A stretch of 64,000 bases of DNA from Microthyrium microscopicum (GCA_010405405.1 MU004244.1:437895-501894); one strand, 5' to 3'. Counted from the first letter of the stretch, positions 35,076 to 49,411 are shown. Numbers and translations are program-made. The notes: generated by a model not told the origin, from the letters alone.

Positions 35076-37470
35076 CTACTGCTCCTTCTTGGTCTCGTTG
35101 GCCGGATAGTACCGCTCAATCAAATTACTGCCCACCTGCGCCGTCTCGCGCCATCCACGCTGTCGAGCCCAAAATCGATCAGAGCTATTCGACTTGTGCA
35201 GAGTACCCTCACGAGCAATATTTTCAAGCGACTCACGATCGAGCTTGGCTGGACCTACATCCAGCACTGGAGTAATCTTATTCGACTCCGCGACACTTTC
35301 ATCAATATATCTCTTCCTCACCATAAACTTCTGCGCCCTCTCCTTTTGTCGGCCGGAGCTATCAATCTTGGAAATGCTCGTGCGGACTGCCCATCTGACT
35401 ACCAGGAATGTCTGCTCAGCAGTGAAGATAGTCAATAGGATAGCCCAGCCTTTGATCGCATGAGGCGTGCCGTCACGCCCAACACCATCGTTGCTGAACA
35501 TGTAGACGAGGGCGGCGGTCGTGAGACTGCCGAGCCAGGTGAGGAATGAGAGGGAGTCGAGCCAGGGACCGATGGTGTCGGTGCGCGTGGGGATGGGCCG
35601 TTGATATTCGACGCAGATTTTCACGGCGTCAGCGCGGAGTTCGATCCAGTCGTTTATTACGAAGGAGCAGGCGGTTAGAGGCCAGACGACGCTCCAGAGG
35701 GCGAGGTAGCCGAACTGTTGTGATTAGTGAGAGCATATAGAAAACTGGAATGAAACATACCTGAATGACCATTTCTCGGATATCGGTACCAACATCGTAG
35801 GCCGGAAGCTCGGCTTGTTTGCGAACCGAAGCAAGGAACTCGGCCTCCTCTGCTGAATCATTATCTGATGCCTGTGGTGCAGCTCCGCCATGCTTCATAG
35901 CGTATTCGCTCTTCATTTGCTTGTACTTGGCCGTTCCTCGTCGTTTGACGATGGGCACAATGAGTTCCAGCAAGAAATTGACAATTTGTGCAGTGACCGT
36001 GAAGTAGATGACCTGTTTCCGTAGTCTGTCGGGGTTGATATTGAAGCGCTCAGGAATCTGCATTTGCTTGTCATGCTCAGCAAATGGTTGAACGGTGAGT
36101 GCGAAAACATCAAGATATGGGACGATGACATTGCCAAATGGAACATAGACGAAAGCTGTGAGGAATATGGCCCAATATGAGGTGACCAGGTCCATAACAA
36201 ACAGTTTCTGTGTCAGAGCAGTGGCATAGGCTCCTTCAGTTTCGTAGTTCTCAAAATCAGTCAGTTTCCGAGCAAGGACCTGTAATACGCCTGTTAGAAT
36301 TGGCATGGTGGTTGTAAGAATACCAGTTGGTATGAAGACCTGGTGCAATCAGCAATTGAATCTTTGTTTTAGCTGAATATCTTACCAGTATGCTTTTCAA
36401 AGGCCCATTGTATACTTCGGAGATGAAAACCTCAATACCAAAGCACATTGCAATGAGACACCCAAAGAGTGTCACCACCACCAATGCGAACGGAATCTGA
36501 AGAAGCTGTCTCTGGAGTCGAGCGAAAGGTGAAAAGTATCTCATCTTCTCGCCAGTCACTGGATCCGTAGTTTCCTTGGTATATGTGAATGTCTGTCTTT
36601 GCGACTCGATCTTAGAGACGTTTCGTACACCCCATCGGATTGCTAGGTCGACTTCCTGATGCTTCCAGTACTCGGTCCAGGCAATGCATCCTAAGCCATT
36701 GATAATGGCATAGATGGGAGAGAAATGTCCAAGGATCGCCCATGCTGAGGCTCCTATTGCCGCGATGTAGAGAAGGAACTGGAAGTATGATTGGATGAAT
36801 GCAAAGTAAAATGCAACCTGCGAAACGAGTTAGTCTCATTCATAGCACAAAACAAGCATGAGCTTGTACCTTTTCTCCAAATCGATTCCGTATCTCGTCC
36901 AACTGGTGGATATTTAATAGATACGAGCTGCTAAGCTGCTTAATCCACTTCCTATTGAAATCGCGATCATGCAACGCAAAAATCGCCTCGACATCCTTCC
37001 ACTCTCCTGATTTTGGTGTGACTCCAGCACCACCGTCCGACTTTGAATTCGTGATCAATTGGTATATGATACGTAGTCGTTCTGCTTCGTATAGTGGTTC
37101 CGCTTCAAGTGCCTTCTTAGTCTCCTTTTCTGGCGCTTCAGATCGCACATTGTGGATCCAGTCTTTGACTCGCGATCGGTAAACTTCGCCGTGTAGGTGC
37201 TCTTCGGAGGCTTCTTTGACGAAAACGAGGAGGGAGAGGTCTTCACCGGGACGGACTTCGGTGGCTAAGCCGACACTTCCAAGTGCTTCGACCAGTTTTT
37301 CGAATTGCTTCATGGAAGCTTCTTTGTCTACAAGCAAAGGGCGTTAGCTATGGACTGGGGCGAATAGTTATTTGCCTACCTGCTGTGCCATATCTGTAAG
37401 TGATAACATAGTCGACATCTACCGGGTTGGCGGGTGAGGTCTGGTCCAAGGCCGATGCTATCCTGGCCAT
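35076..37470 (-). CDS. anoctamin/TMEM16 (Ist2-like) calcium-activated channel/scramblase, multi-exon
   Basis: ATG 37470, first intron 37379-37328. Motifs DYVI.Y, LYEAERLRIIY, IFALHD, IRNRFGEK, EVFISEVYNGP, LTDFENYET, DIREMVIQ and RPIPTRTDTIGPWLDSL are spread over the minus-strand ORFs. Confidence 0.9.
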
Positions 37471-37660
37471 GGTGAGTAGAACGCAGCCTGACGCTGCTAG
37501 TTCAATTGGGGTTTACTAGGTTCGTGATAGGGACAAGAACAATGAGTACTGTTCTCAGAAATCTGGAAATAGGCTGTGAAAAGGGAGATATCGCGAAAGT
37601 AGTGGAGGAGAAGTTGGCGATGGTGATCCAGCCAGCCAACAACCTGGAAATCGAGCGAGC

Positions 37661-40600
37661 TAGTGATGCAGCCCTCAATTAAGTCGAACACCGTTAATCC
37701 GCCAAGACCTAATTAGCTAATTAGAGGGGTAGAATGCTGCTCACCAAAAACATTAATATTTTGTAAATATTATAACTTTATAATTACTCAACTAAATAAA
37801 CTATTTTTAGTATTCTAATAGTTATTAAGATCTATATTAGACTCTTCTATATCTGCTTAAGACTCTTAAATATAATTTATAGCGTTATCTATAGCCTACT
37901 AAGTTAATTCCTATACTCTATAGGTTTTACTTATATCCTCTTTAATATTTAATAAATCTTTTTTACTACTATCTATTTTTATTAAATTTAATTGCTAGTA
38001 GTTATAAAATAGCTTATTAAGAGTATCTTCTTTAGTAGTACTAAATATATACTAATAGACTAGTTTAAATAAATTACTACCTATATAATATAGCCCTTAC
38101 TATATTACTAACTAATTAAGCTTTTTACTATTTATATAACTAAAAATAAATATATTTACTTACTCTATAGTTAGTTAAGTTTAATAAGGATTCTAGACCT
38201 AATTAATTACTAAAAATAATCTTTCTAAGGGTATAGAATTAGCTATAGTTTTAAATAGCTTAATAGTAATAAGAGATAACTTTAGACTAGCTATTTAAAG
38301 ACATTCCTAAAAATATAGTAGTATTTAATAATTCTATGCTTTAGCCTAATCGCTAAATATTACAAAATAGCCTAATTATCTTCTAAAGGCTTAAAATTCT
38401 ATAGAGATCTTGTTAACCTCTTTTTAAGCTTTCTTTTAATTATCTTTAGACGTAGAATTATAAGCTTTAAAGCGTTAAGTAAAAGCTTAAAGAATAGTAA
38501 AGTATACTTTTATTAATAATAGTTTAGTAATATTAATAGTACCTAGATTAAGAATAAAGGCTAAGTAATTATTGTTAGTAATTTACTTATCTTATTATTT
38601 ATCTAGAAGTTAAAGTAGTTCCTATTAAATACTATAAATTTTGCTCTTCTCTAAATATTCTTATTATGGACCCCTGTAGACTTGCCATAGAGGCGTAGGT
38701 ATCCTGCTACCTCTTTACTCTCTCTACTCTTATAGTACGCTATAAGAAAGCTCTTTACTAACGAACTACTAAGTTAACGTAGATAATACCTACTCTTTAT
38801 TATAATAGGATAAAGCTAAATAAAGCTAAGGATAAAAAGGAGAAGTAGCCTTACTAAAGAAAAGATAGAAAAGAGCATAAATAAAAGAGTAGACTTAATC
38901 TCTAGAGAGATTAAGTATTAGTCTTATCTTAATACTAATTCTTAGAATCTATTTCTCTTACTTTAAACTATTCTTTATAATTCTAATACTTCTTAATATA
39001 CTATATAGCTATAAGCCTAATAAATTCTTATAATAATAAGAAGCATAAGGAACTCTAATAAAGGCTAAGACTAAGATAATAAAGATAAAGACCTAAATAA
39101 TAATAATAATAATAACTTAAGTTAATATAATAGCCTACTACTACTAATAGACCTAGAAGCCGCTTTAGCTACTCTTTATATAGTAATAACTTAAATTAAT
39201 AAATAAAAATAGATACGCGTAGCTAAAACGTAATAGCTTTATAATAAAATTATAGCCTTATTATAAGCCTTATAATAAAATTCTCTTTCTTCTTTTTAAC
39301 TAAGAAAACTAAAACCTACTAACCTTATAGTCCTTTAATATAAAACCTAATAAAAACTTATTAACTAGACTATAGATATAGAAAACGCTTTCTACTTAAT
39401 ACTTTCTTAATTTACTACGTAAGAAAGCTATATTTAATAAATTAGTTAATTTATAAGCTCTAACTTATAAATATAATAGAACCTAAAAAAGAAAAAGATT
39501 AAGCTATTAACTTAGACTTAAGAGAAGTTTACAAAATAGCTCTAATATTAATATACTTATTTTACTATAGTAAAACTTTTAGTTACTAAGAAACTTAAAG
39601 AAGCTAAATAGCGTTTTACTTAGACTCTTATAGAGTTTAATGCTTACTTAGACTTACTAAAGACTTAACTTAATATTAATATAACTTATAAAGAAGATAA
39701 ATAGTACTTAAAATTCTTTACTAAGCTAATCCTAGAACTATAGAAATAGATTAAATTAATAGAGCATATCCTAACTACTAAACCTAATATAGTTAATATT
39801 ACTAAATACTTTTAGTAAATTACTTATAAGTACTTATAAGAAAACTTAGTAAATAATAGTAATACTTAACTTCTATAATTAAATTATAATCTATAAAGTA
39901 ACTAAGATAAATAATAAGGTTATAAAGGTTATATAGAATAAGTACTATTAACTTACCTACTAATAAGTATAAAGCTTAGAAAAGATAGCAAAATATATAA
40001 AGGAATTACCTATTATAATTATAATCTATTTAAATATTATATAAATAAGTATAATAAGCCTCTAAAAAGCCCTTAGGCTACCTAAGAATAAGGAAGCTTC
40101 TTAAGATAAAGAAGTTACTTAGAATATAGAGGCTAAAAAGGAAACCTAAATACTATTTCCTTCTTATTAAGATCTAGAATTAACCTAAGAAAAGAGTAAG
40201 TATTATGAAGATTAAGAATTCTATCTTTATAATACTAGATTAAACTATAGAAGTATAGATTTAGATAATAGCTAACCTCTTTCTTACTATAGGTAACTAA
40301 TCTATAAATATTTTCTTAGATACTAGTAGTTAAATTAATATTATTAATAAATAACTTACGTAATGCTATAGACTTAAGAAAGTAACTATAAAAAGTATTT
40401 AAGCTATAGATTTTACTAATAATATAATAAAAAGTAAATATTATAATATATATTAGCTACGTTTTTATTATAAAGACTCCTTTAGTATTTATAAGGACGT
40501 TAAATACTATTTCTTTTTTTTTAATTAAACTAAATATACTTACTTTATAGTATAGAGAACCTTCCTATAAGAAAAATATAATATCTTTATCTACTTAAAA

Positions 40601-43600
40601 TAGAAGAAGTAGCTATTTAGAAAAAAAAAGCTAAAATATAAGATTATAGATTAAAGTATATTTAAGGAAGGGCTATAAGAATATAGTAAAGTATTTAAAC
40701 TAATTATAAAATTTAATAAGTACTTATACTTAAATAATAAGAAGGTAGAGATCTCTAATATTAGCTTTAAACTAAGTTTATAAATAAATATTAACCTAAA
40801 AAATAAGCTACTATAAAAGCTATAGGATTTAGCTTCTTAAGTTAAGACTAGAGATAAGAATAAACCTATTTCTAAAGATATTAAATATACTATTAAGATA
40901 ACTAAGAACTCTTTTTTTAGACTTATTTATAACTTATTAATAATAAAACTTAAGGTACTATAGAAATACCTTAAGTTAGCCCTTATAAAAGGCTAGATTT
41001 AGGAATTAACTAACCTAGCTAGAGTACCTATACTTTTTATACCTAAAAAAGATAAAGAATTATAACTCTATATAGATTACTACCTACTTAATATAGTTAT
41101 TATTAAGAACTATTACCTATTCTTCTTAATTAGTAAGATATTAGATTAACTTAGTAGAGTAGTATACTATATTAAGATAGACCTTAAGAATGCCTATATC
41201 TAAATACTTATTAGAGAATAAGATTAATAGAAAATAGTATTCTATACCTAATATAGATATTATAAATACTAAGTTATATCTTTTAAACTTACTAATACTC
41301 TAGCTACTTTTTAAGCTTATATCTATAAAGTATTAATAAGACTCTTAGATATTATCTATATTGTCTACCTTAATAATATCCTTATCTTCTTAAAAACGTA
41401 TAAGAATTATATTTATAACGTATATACTATATTAAAATATCTATTAGCTACTAAGCTTTATACTAATCCTAAAAAGTACTAATTCTTTACTAATAAAGTA
41501 GAATTCCTTAAGTTTATAGTCTCTATAAAAGGAGTAAAAATAGATCTTAGCTAAGTTAAGTCTATTATAAAGTAACTAAAGCTTAAGAGCTATAATAATA
41601 TATAAGTATTTATTAACTTTATAAATTTTTACTATAAGTTTATTAAAGCCTACTTAAAAATAGTAAAACTTTTAACTAACTTACTTAAGAGTATATAACT
41701 TAAAAAGAAATATAGACCTTTTATATAGATAAAAAAAGTAATATAAGTATTTTATATACTTTATATAGCCTTTAATAAAGCCTCTATTTTTATATATTTT
41801 AACCTAAAAAAAAGGATCTACTTTAAAATAAATATATCTTAGTATACTATTATAAGTATCTTTTTCTAGCTATAAAAAGATAGCTAATAGTACTTTATTA
41901 CCTTTTAATTAAGGAAATTAATAAAAGCTAAGATTAACTACTAAACCTATAACTAAGAGCTTCTTACTATTATTAAAGCTATAGAATATTAGTAATATTA
42001 CCTTAAAGATAGTTACTACTCTATTAAAATCCTAACTAACTATAATAACTTAATAAGATTTATAAAGTAAAAGAACTTAAATAAATACTAAGCGTGCTAG
42101 GTAATTATATTAATAAAGTATAACTTCTATATTAAGTATTAAAGTAGAAAGATAAATTCTATAAATATATTATTAAGATAACTTAACTATACTACTATAG
42201 AGTAAATTATAAATAACTTACTATCTATTCTTTAAAAAAAGTTAGGACTCTTCTTAGAGAAGAAATAGAAATAGCTAGTCTTTATAAATAGCTTTAAGTT
42301 AATAAAATAACTTATTAATAAGACGCTACTAATAAATAAATATAATCTTATAAATAAGATATCTAATATTAAGTACTACTTAATACTAATAGTATTAGAG
42401 ATAAGTAAGATACTTTATAAGTAAATTAGTAGCTAAGAAGCTATAAGTAAGAAGAGTAAAGACTTTCTTAGCTCTTAGAAAGTAGTTACTATACTAGACT
42501 ATATCTATATCCTAAAAGCTATAGTAAAAGAAGTTATAAAAGATTTATATATTATAAATAGAAAAGCCCTAAATACGCTAATTACTTTAGTCTAAGTTAC
42601 TTAAGATAGTAATAAAAAGCTTAGGCGTATTTAAAAAGTACTTAATACGTAACTAAAGTCTAAAAAGACCTAATAGCTAAAAAATACTTAGTTAGTCTAA
42701 AAAAACTACCTTTGCTATAAAGGCTAACTATATATACCTTATAAGCCTATCTTAAGAAATAAACTCTTAGTAATATACTATAATAACCTACTAGTAAGAT
42801 ACTTAAGGGTCTAAAGTACTATAAAGCTACTTTATAAGTAGTTTTACTAGCTAAAGATAAAAAAGAATATATAAATATATATAAAGACTTACCTAGTCTA
42901 CTAAAGAATAAAAGCAAAATAGTATTAACTCTATAGTAAGTTAAAATCTCTACCTTAATTAACTTAACTATAATAAGAAATTACTATAAACTTTATTATA
43001 AGCTTACTACTTTATAAACGTAAACTTATAATATTTAATACTATACTAGTAATTATAAATTAATATACTAAATAAATAAAGTATATTAAAACTATAAAAG
43101 ATATAACTACTAAAGAGTTAATAAAACTTATAGAAAGAAAAGTCTTTTTAAAAAAGAGCCTATTAGTAAGTATTATATTAAATAAAGGATCTATCTTTAT
43201 AAGTAAATTTTAGACTAAGCTATACTAAGTAAGAAAAGTAAAATATAAACTATCTATAGCCTAATATTTATAAACTAATAGTTAGACTAAATAATAAAAC
43301 TTAGTACTAAGACATTACTTATAAGCCTTTATAACTAAAAACTAAATAAACTAGTTAAGCCTTCTATCTATAATATAATAGATAATAAATACGTCCTATA
43401 ATAAGATACTTAACTATACTCTAAATATAGCTAAAATAAAATATAAACTAACCTTCTTAGTAGACCTCCTTATAAACTCTAAAAATAAGCTTAAAAAAGA
43501 AGAAAATAAGGTAGTAATAATAAAGTAAAGAATAATAAGAATAAAATAAGACTAAGAAAAGATAGCAAAATACTAAGGAAAAATAATAGAATACTAAACT

Positions 43601-46600
43601 AAGTTCTATAATAAAAAGTATACCTTAATATTATTCTATATAAAAGATAAGATCTTATTATTAATAAAGAATATTAAACTTAAACTACTAAGTAAGAAAC
43701 TAGCTCCTTACTATATAAAACTATTTAGTATTTAAGATATAGTTAAAGAATAAGCCTACTAACTAAACCTCCTAATAGGCTACTAAATCTATAACGTTTT
43801 CTATATATTTAAACTTAAGCCTTATTATTAAAGAGAAGATTAAAAAGAATTAAAGTTCTTTATAGCTATTAAGCTAAAAAATAAAGAGAAATAAGAGGTA
43901 AGAGCTATTTTAGATAAGAAAAAATAGAAAGGAAAAGTTAAATACTTTATTTATTAGTAAAGCTACTCCTTAACTTATAACTCTTAAGAATAAGAAGAAG
44001 ACTATAAGAACGTATAAGACTTAATTAAAATTTTTAAAGAAGCTAGTAAGCCTAAGTTTACTATTATAAAGAAAAGAAAAAAAGAAGAATAAAACTATAA
44101 AGAAAGATATTATAAGAAAGAGAAAATTTTTATATACTTTTTATTTACTATAGAAAAGTAACTAACTAATAGGACTAAAACTAGAAAACTAAAAATAGAA
44201 ATAGTAAAAATTATAGCTAGGTAAACTACTAATAAGATATAAATAAAATTTAAATAAAATTAAGAAATTTTATAAGAGACTAGTAAGCTAGTACTATAAA
44301 AAAAAGACCCTTCTCTATAGAGATAAAAAGAGTAGACTATTAATAAATATAATAAAAAATAAGAATTTTTCCTAAATACTATAACTATAAATAATAAGTT
44401 AATAAAAAGGCTAGTCCTAAAAAATATTAAGACTAGTAACTTATGCCTAAAGAAATAAATAAACGTAGTATTTATATAACTAAAATATAATCTAATTACT
44501 AGACTCTAACTCTATATATTAAGACGCTATAATTTTAAAAGTAAGTATTAAATACTATTAGTTACTCTAAGACTATTAAGAAAGAAGTACGTAATAGATA
44601 TAGCTAAGATAATTAATACGCTATTAGTAAATAAGTAAGTAGGTAAAGGAATATTATAAGTTATAAGTACTATAGATATAGAAAAAGGATAAAGATAGCT
44701 AGGATTAGTACTAATAGAATTAATACTACTATCTAAATTATAATAAGTAGTTACTCTACTAGTAGTATAATATTACTAAAATTAGTAAAGAGAATAAGCT
44801 ACCTTATTAAGATATTAAGCTTAAGCCTAGATAACTAGTAATAAGCTATAAAATAGTAGTACTATCTTCTTATTAAACTACTTAGTCTATATACTATCTA
44901 CTTCTTTATTCTTAACTTCCTCTATAGTAAGTAAATATACTATAAAGCGTAAAGTACTAACGTCTAAAATAAATTTAAGAAATATATAAGCTCTAAATAT
45001 AGTAATGTCTTCTCTATTTTAGACTAAGAGAAATAAAAAGTAAATATAAAAATAATTACCTTACGTAAGTAAACTACTAATAAGTAGAGATAATAAAGAG
45101 TTATTAATAGTAAGACCTAGCTCTTAGTAAGGATTAAGTAGTTTAAAGCCTTCTAGGTAGATTCCTATAGGCTAAATAGATACTTAAACTTATAACTAAG
45201 TATAAAATATAAATAGAAGATAATTCTAAGAATAATAATTAGTAAAAGTATAACTTATAAATAAAATATAAAAAAACCTATATTAAGATACTAAATATTA
45301 TTAGCTTACTCTAACGTATTTCTAATATAACTAAATATAGTATAAATATAGAATACTATATTTAAGGCTATAGAATAGCTATAGCCTCCTAAGTAATCCT
45401 CTATATAATACTAAGCTATAATAAAAATATTATATACTTATTAATAACGTATTAACTCTTTATTATAAATATAATATATATTACTATACTAATAAAACTT
45501 AATAAAGAAACTTAAAAGCGTAATAACTATAATAAAACTTATAAAATTAAGAGATATAAAATAAATACGTAAGTAAATTAAGTTATTTATAACCTTATTA
45601 AAGACTATATATACCTAAATAGAGGTTAGCACGTAAACTATATCTAAGTTGCTAATAAAATACTTATAATATTATAATAATACTTATAGTAGATATAGTA
45701 ATAGTACTTAGTAAAGTTATTTTTATAACTATATATAATACTCTATAAGATATAGCTACTATTAAGATAATAATAAACTATATTATTAATAATATTCTAT
45801 AAATATTAAAGGTAATATAGAAAAAGAAATAAAGTAGATATAGCTTAAGAGCAAGATATAATTTAAGTAATATTCTATAAAGGTATAAATTAGTAAAAGA
45901 ATTAGGTAAGTTGCTTATAATATATTTACTATAAAGACCTACTACTAAGCAGTCTAAGCTATAGAACCTAGATTTATATCTCTTAATTTACTAAGTAAGT
46001 TATCTAACTTAAACTCTTTACTCTCTAAAGATAATATATAAAATAGTATAAGAGTATCTTAGTAAGTAGTCTACTTCTTAATTATAAAATAAGTAGTAAA
46101 TAGCTATAAAGACTCTAATAATAGAGTATCCTTATAATGACGTTTTTTATTAACCTAAGAAGTATAGGCTAGCTATAAAGTAAGTTTAGTAATTAAGTTA
46201 ACTATTATAATACTAAAAGGTACTAAAATAAGGTAAATAAAGCTATTAATACTACGTTAGGCTAAACAAAAAACGAATAGTAGATTAGTACTAATAATAA
46301 TATAGCCTAAGAGTAATAAGACATAAGGAGTTAATAAGCCTCCTTAAAACTCTAAAAAGGCTACCTAATTAGTAAGTTAGACTAAGTTATAATTACGTAA
46401 CTTAAGCCCTTTAAGAGTATGCTAAGGACTCTATAGAGTATAAGGAGTATAAAGAGTAGTAAAACGCTAGTAAATTATATACTTAAAAAGCTAGCTACTC
46501 TACTACTAAGACTATTAGAACTCCTAAAAAGTATAATATATTTCTAAGAAATAATTACTTAAATTAAAATTAATTAACTACTTACTCTCTTATGAATTAT

Positions 46601-49107
46601 TATTATTAATAAAGTTATTATTACTAAAGGAATTAATATTAATAGAGTCCTAATAAGATAAACTACTACTATGTAAACTACTAAAATAATAATAGAAAGA
46701 TATTATAAAAAAATAATTAAAATGCTATTAAAACGTATATTAAAAAGCTAAAAGTATTAAAAATAAGCAAAAAGAGTATAAATAGAATATAAAAAGAGTA
46801 TAAGTTAAATTAAAAACTCTAAAAAGATATAGTTTTTAAAACTTTTAAGATTTTAGATAGGTAATATACTTATAAATTACTTATAAGAAGAAAAGGTTAT
46901 AGTATTAAAGAGATAGAGTATTATAGTCTTAAAATATTTTAGTATTATATATATATATAATATCCTTATAATAAATAGAGTTATTATTACTTATATAATA
47001 AGTATTATAGTAACTCTAAAGACAAAAATACTATAAATTAAAACTATACCTACTAAAAGAGAAAAGCATAATAGCTAAGTTATTAAAAGTAACTTCCTTT
47101 AAGGAAAAAGACTTTATTATAAATCCTTATAGACTTGCTATAGAAATATAGATATCTTACTATCTCCTTACTCTCTCTACTCTTATAATACGCTATAAAA
47201 AGGCTCTTTGCTAATAAACTACTAAGTTAATATAAATAGTATCTATCTTCTACTATAATAAGATAAAGCTAAATAGAGCTAAGAATAAGAAAAAAAGGTA
47301 GCCTTACTAAAGAGAAGATAAAGAAGAGCATAAATAAAGGAGTAGACTTAATCTCTAAAGAGATTAAGTATTAGTCTTATCTTAATACTAGTTCTTAGAA
47401 TCTATTTCCCTTACTTTAAACTATCCTTTATAATTCTATAGCAAGTATTAACTAGCTTAATCTAATCTTTATTTAGCTTTTTATTACTTTACCTAAATAG
47501 TATTTTAAGCCTTTAGATTTCTTTTATATAATATAAAGAGGCTCTAAGATTCTATATAAGAATCTAATATTATTCTAAAACTAAGGGTTCTTTATTAGCC
47601 TAAAAATAGACTTATTTTTAGCCTACGTAGCTATAGAATCTCCTAGTACTATTATATAATAAGTAAAAGTATTAAATACTAGTTTGCTTTATTAAAGGGA
47701 CTAAATAATACTAAATTAAAACCTCTAGTAGGTAATAATTAATAATCTAATACTATAAATTCTATCTATAAGCTTCTAGCGTTAAAACTTATAAAGTTAT
47801 CTAAAATATAGCTTCCTAACTTTAAACTAGATAGTAAGCTTAGTAACTTTTAATAAAATAGCTTCTAGAATAAGAATATCTTCTAAAATATCTTTTATAA
47901 GAAGCTAAAGACTATAAGAGTTATAGAGTATAAAAGAATACTTCTTAAAAGCTTCTTAAGAGTGTTTTTAAAGTATATATATTACTAATTATATAGTAGA
48001 ATATATATTAGAGCTAATTAAATTAATACGTATAAGATCTCTTTTTATTTACTTCTTTAAGGCGTATAATAAATATATTATTAATATAGCTATAGTAGCG
48101 TATTCTCTACCTAAATTAATAACTTTAAGATAAAAAGAACTTAGTAATAATACTATAATATAGAAATTAGCTATTTATTAACCTACGCGATTAGAACTCT
48201 TATCTAGAAAGAAGTTTAAGAAAGGTTAGTTCTTTAGAATCGCTTAAAGCTTTAGAAGATCCTTATTATAGACGTCCTTAATAAGAGCTAGTATTTAGCC
48301 TCTTTATAAAGATATATAAGTAAGAATATCTACTAATTACGTACTTTTAACTTTATACGTATAGGTTATAGAATAGTATATTTTGTTATAGCTATTTAAA
48401 GAAAGTACTTTATAAACTATCCTTCTAGTATAATATTTATCTTATTAAATTTACTTTTAAGTACGTAAAACTACTATAATACCCTAAATTATTATAGATA
48501 TAGGTTAAGCTACTAGAAAATAGCCCTCTAAGTAAGAATATACTTTAAAACGACCTAGATCTTAATTAAGATTAAGAGAATAGTAAAGATAGCAATAATA
48601 ATTAATTTTAGTAAGATTATCTTTTAGAAATAATATTTAATATTATAGAATATCTACCTTCTCTTATAGAGTTTAATTTAGCCTTTTATAGCGTAATATA
48701 ATAAAAATAGATAAAAAAATTATTAAAAAATTATAATGTTTCTAAAGGTAGATTAGACTTATAATTATGCTTTAAATTATAAAAAGATTAGTACTATTAT
48801 ATAAAGCTTAATAAGAAGAATACGTAGATATTAAAAAAACTTTATTTTAGGACCTAAATACTATTATAATTATTTAGTAATATTAATATTAATCTCTTTA
48901 AAGTTATTATAGTATAAAAAAAGAAAGGAAGATTAGGACTAGAATAGCGCTAGCACTAATAAAGCTATGAAGATCTAATAATCGTTACGTATCCTCTTAT
49001 TATACTAATTAGATATCTTACTCTACGCGGATTTAGAGTTCCTATATTATATATAGAAACTCTGTCGATTAAGGAACTCCGCGTAAGTGCCTTAATCTGC
49101 ATCACTA
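37661..49107 (-). mobile_element. RIP-mutated hAT DNA transposon (about 2.67 kb) split by a nested gypsy
   Basis: Perfect 11-bp TIRs TAGTGATGCAG (37661-37671) / CTGCATCACTA (49097-49107); 8-bp TSD GAGCGAGC (37653-37660, 49108-49115). De-RIPed minus-strand transposase motifs: FFLDES, SSD.CSTM, CDSHGLQLLIKDIL (about 47890-47925), TRW, and dimerisation motif ANSVPSERSFS (about 38210-38245). Confidence 0.93.
38662..47432 (+). mobile_element. full-length RIP-mutated Ty3/gypsy chromovirus LTR retrotransposon
   Basis: 318-bp LTRs 38662-38979 and 47115-47432; TSD ATTCT (38657-38661, 47433-47437); PPT at about 47101-47111. De-RIPed motifs in gypsy order: CCHC knuckle about 40010, protease LDTG about 40316, RT VYLDDILI 41363-41386, RNase H, integrase, chromodomain WEV.AILD..YFIHW.GY..SWE about 43890-43990. 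Confidence 0.94.
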
Positions 49108-49411
49108 GAGCGAGCTTGGTCCCCTGCCTCTTTCTGGTCACAAAATCCACATTACGTCAGTCCGTCAACAAACGCCTCGCCTGTCATTGAACTTTATACT
49201 CCATTGACTTTCATAATTATAGATACTGAAAATATAGAGACAAAGCTATGAAGAGAAATGTTTGAGATCTCGGGCACTTATAGCCGCGAGTCTATGCTAT
49301 GAACAGTAGTACCATAAACCATAATGCTAGTAGTATCCTCCAACTCCATGTCCTAATATTGAACGTTGACACCTATCCAAATATGAACGGATCCGAAATG
49401 TATCTACATGA

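Noticed and set aside
38980..38985. Alternative gypsy LTR end, because ATTCTA follows both LTRs
   Set aside because: Ending at ..TTTA(C>T)A gives equal 318-bp LTRs, a CA-derived terminus and a matching ATTCT TSD; a few bases of ambiguity remain.
37740..49000. AT-rich block as a centromere, mitochondrial insertion or horizontally acquired DNA
   Set aside because: Fully accounted for by two RIPed elements with defined TSDs.
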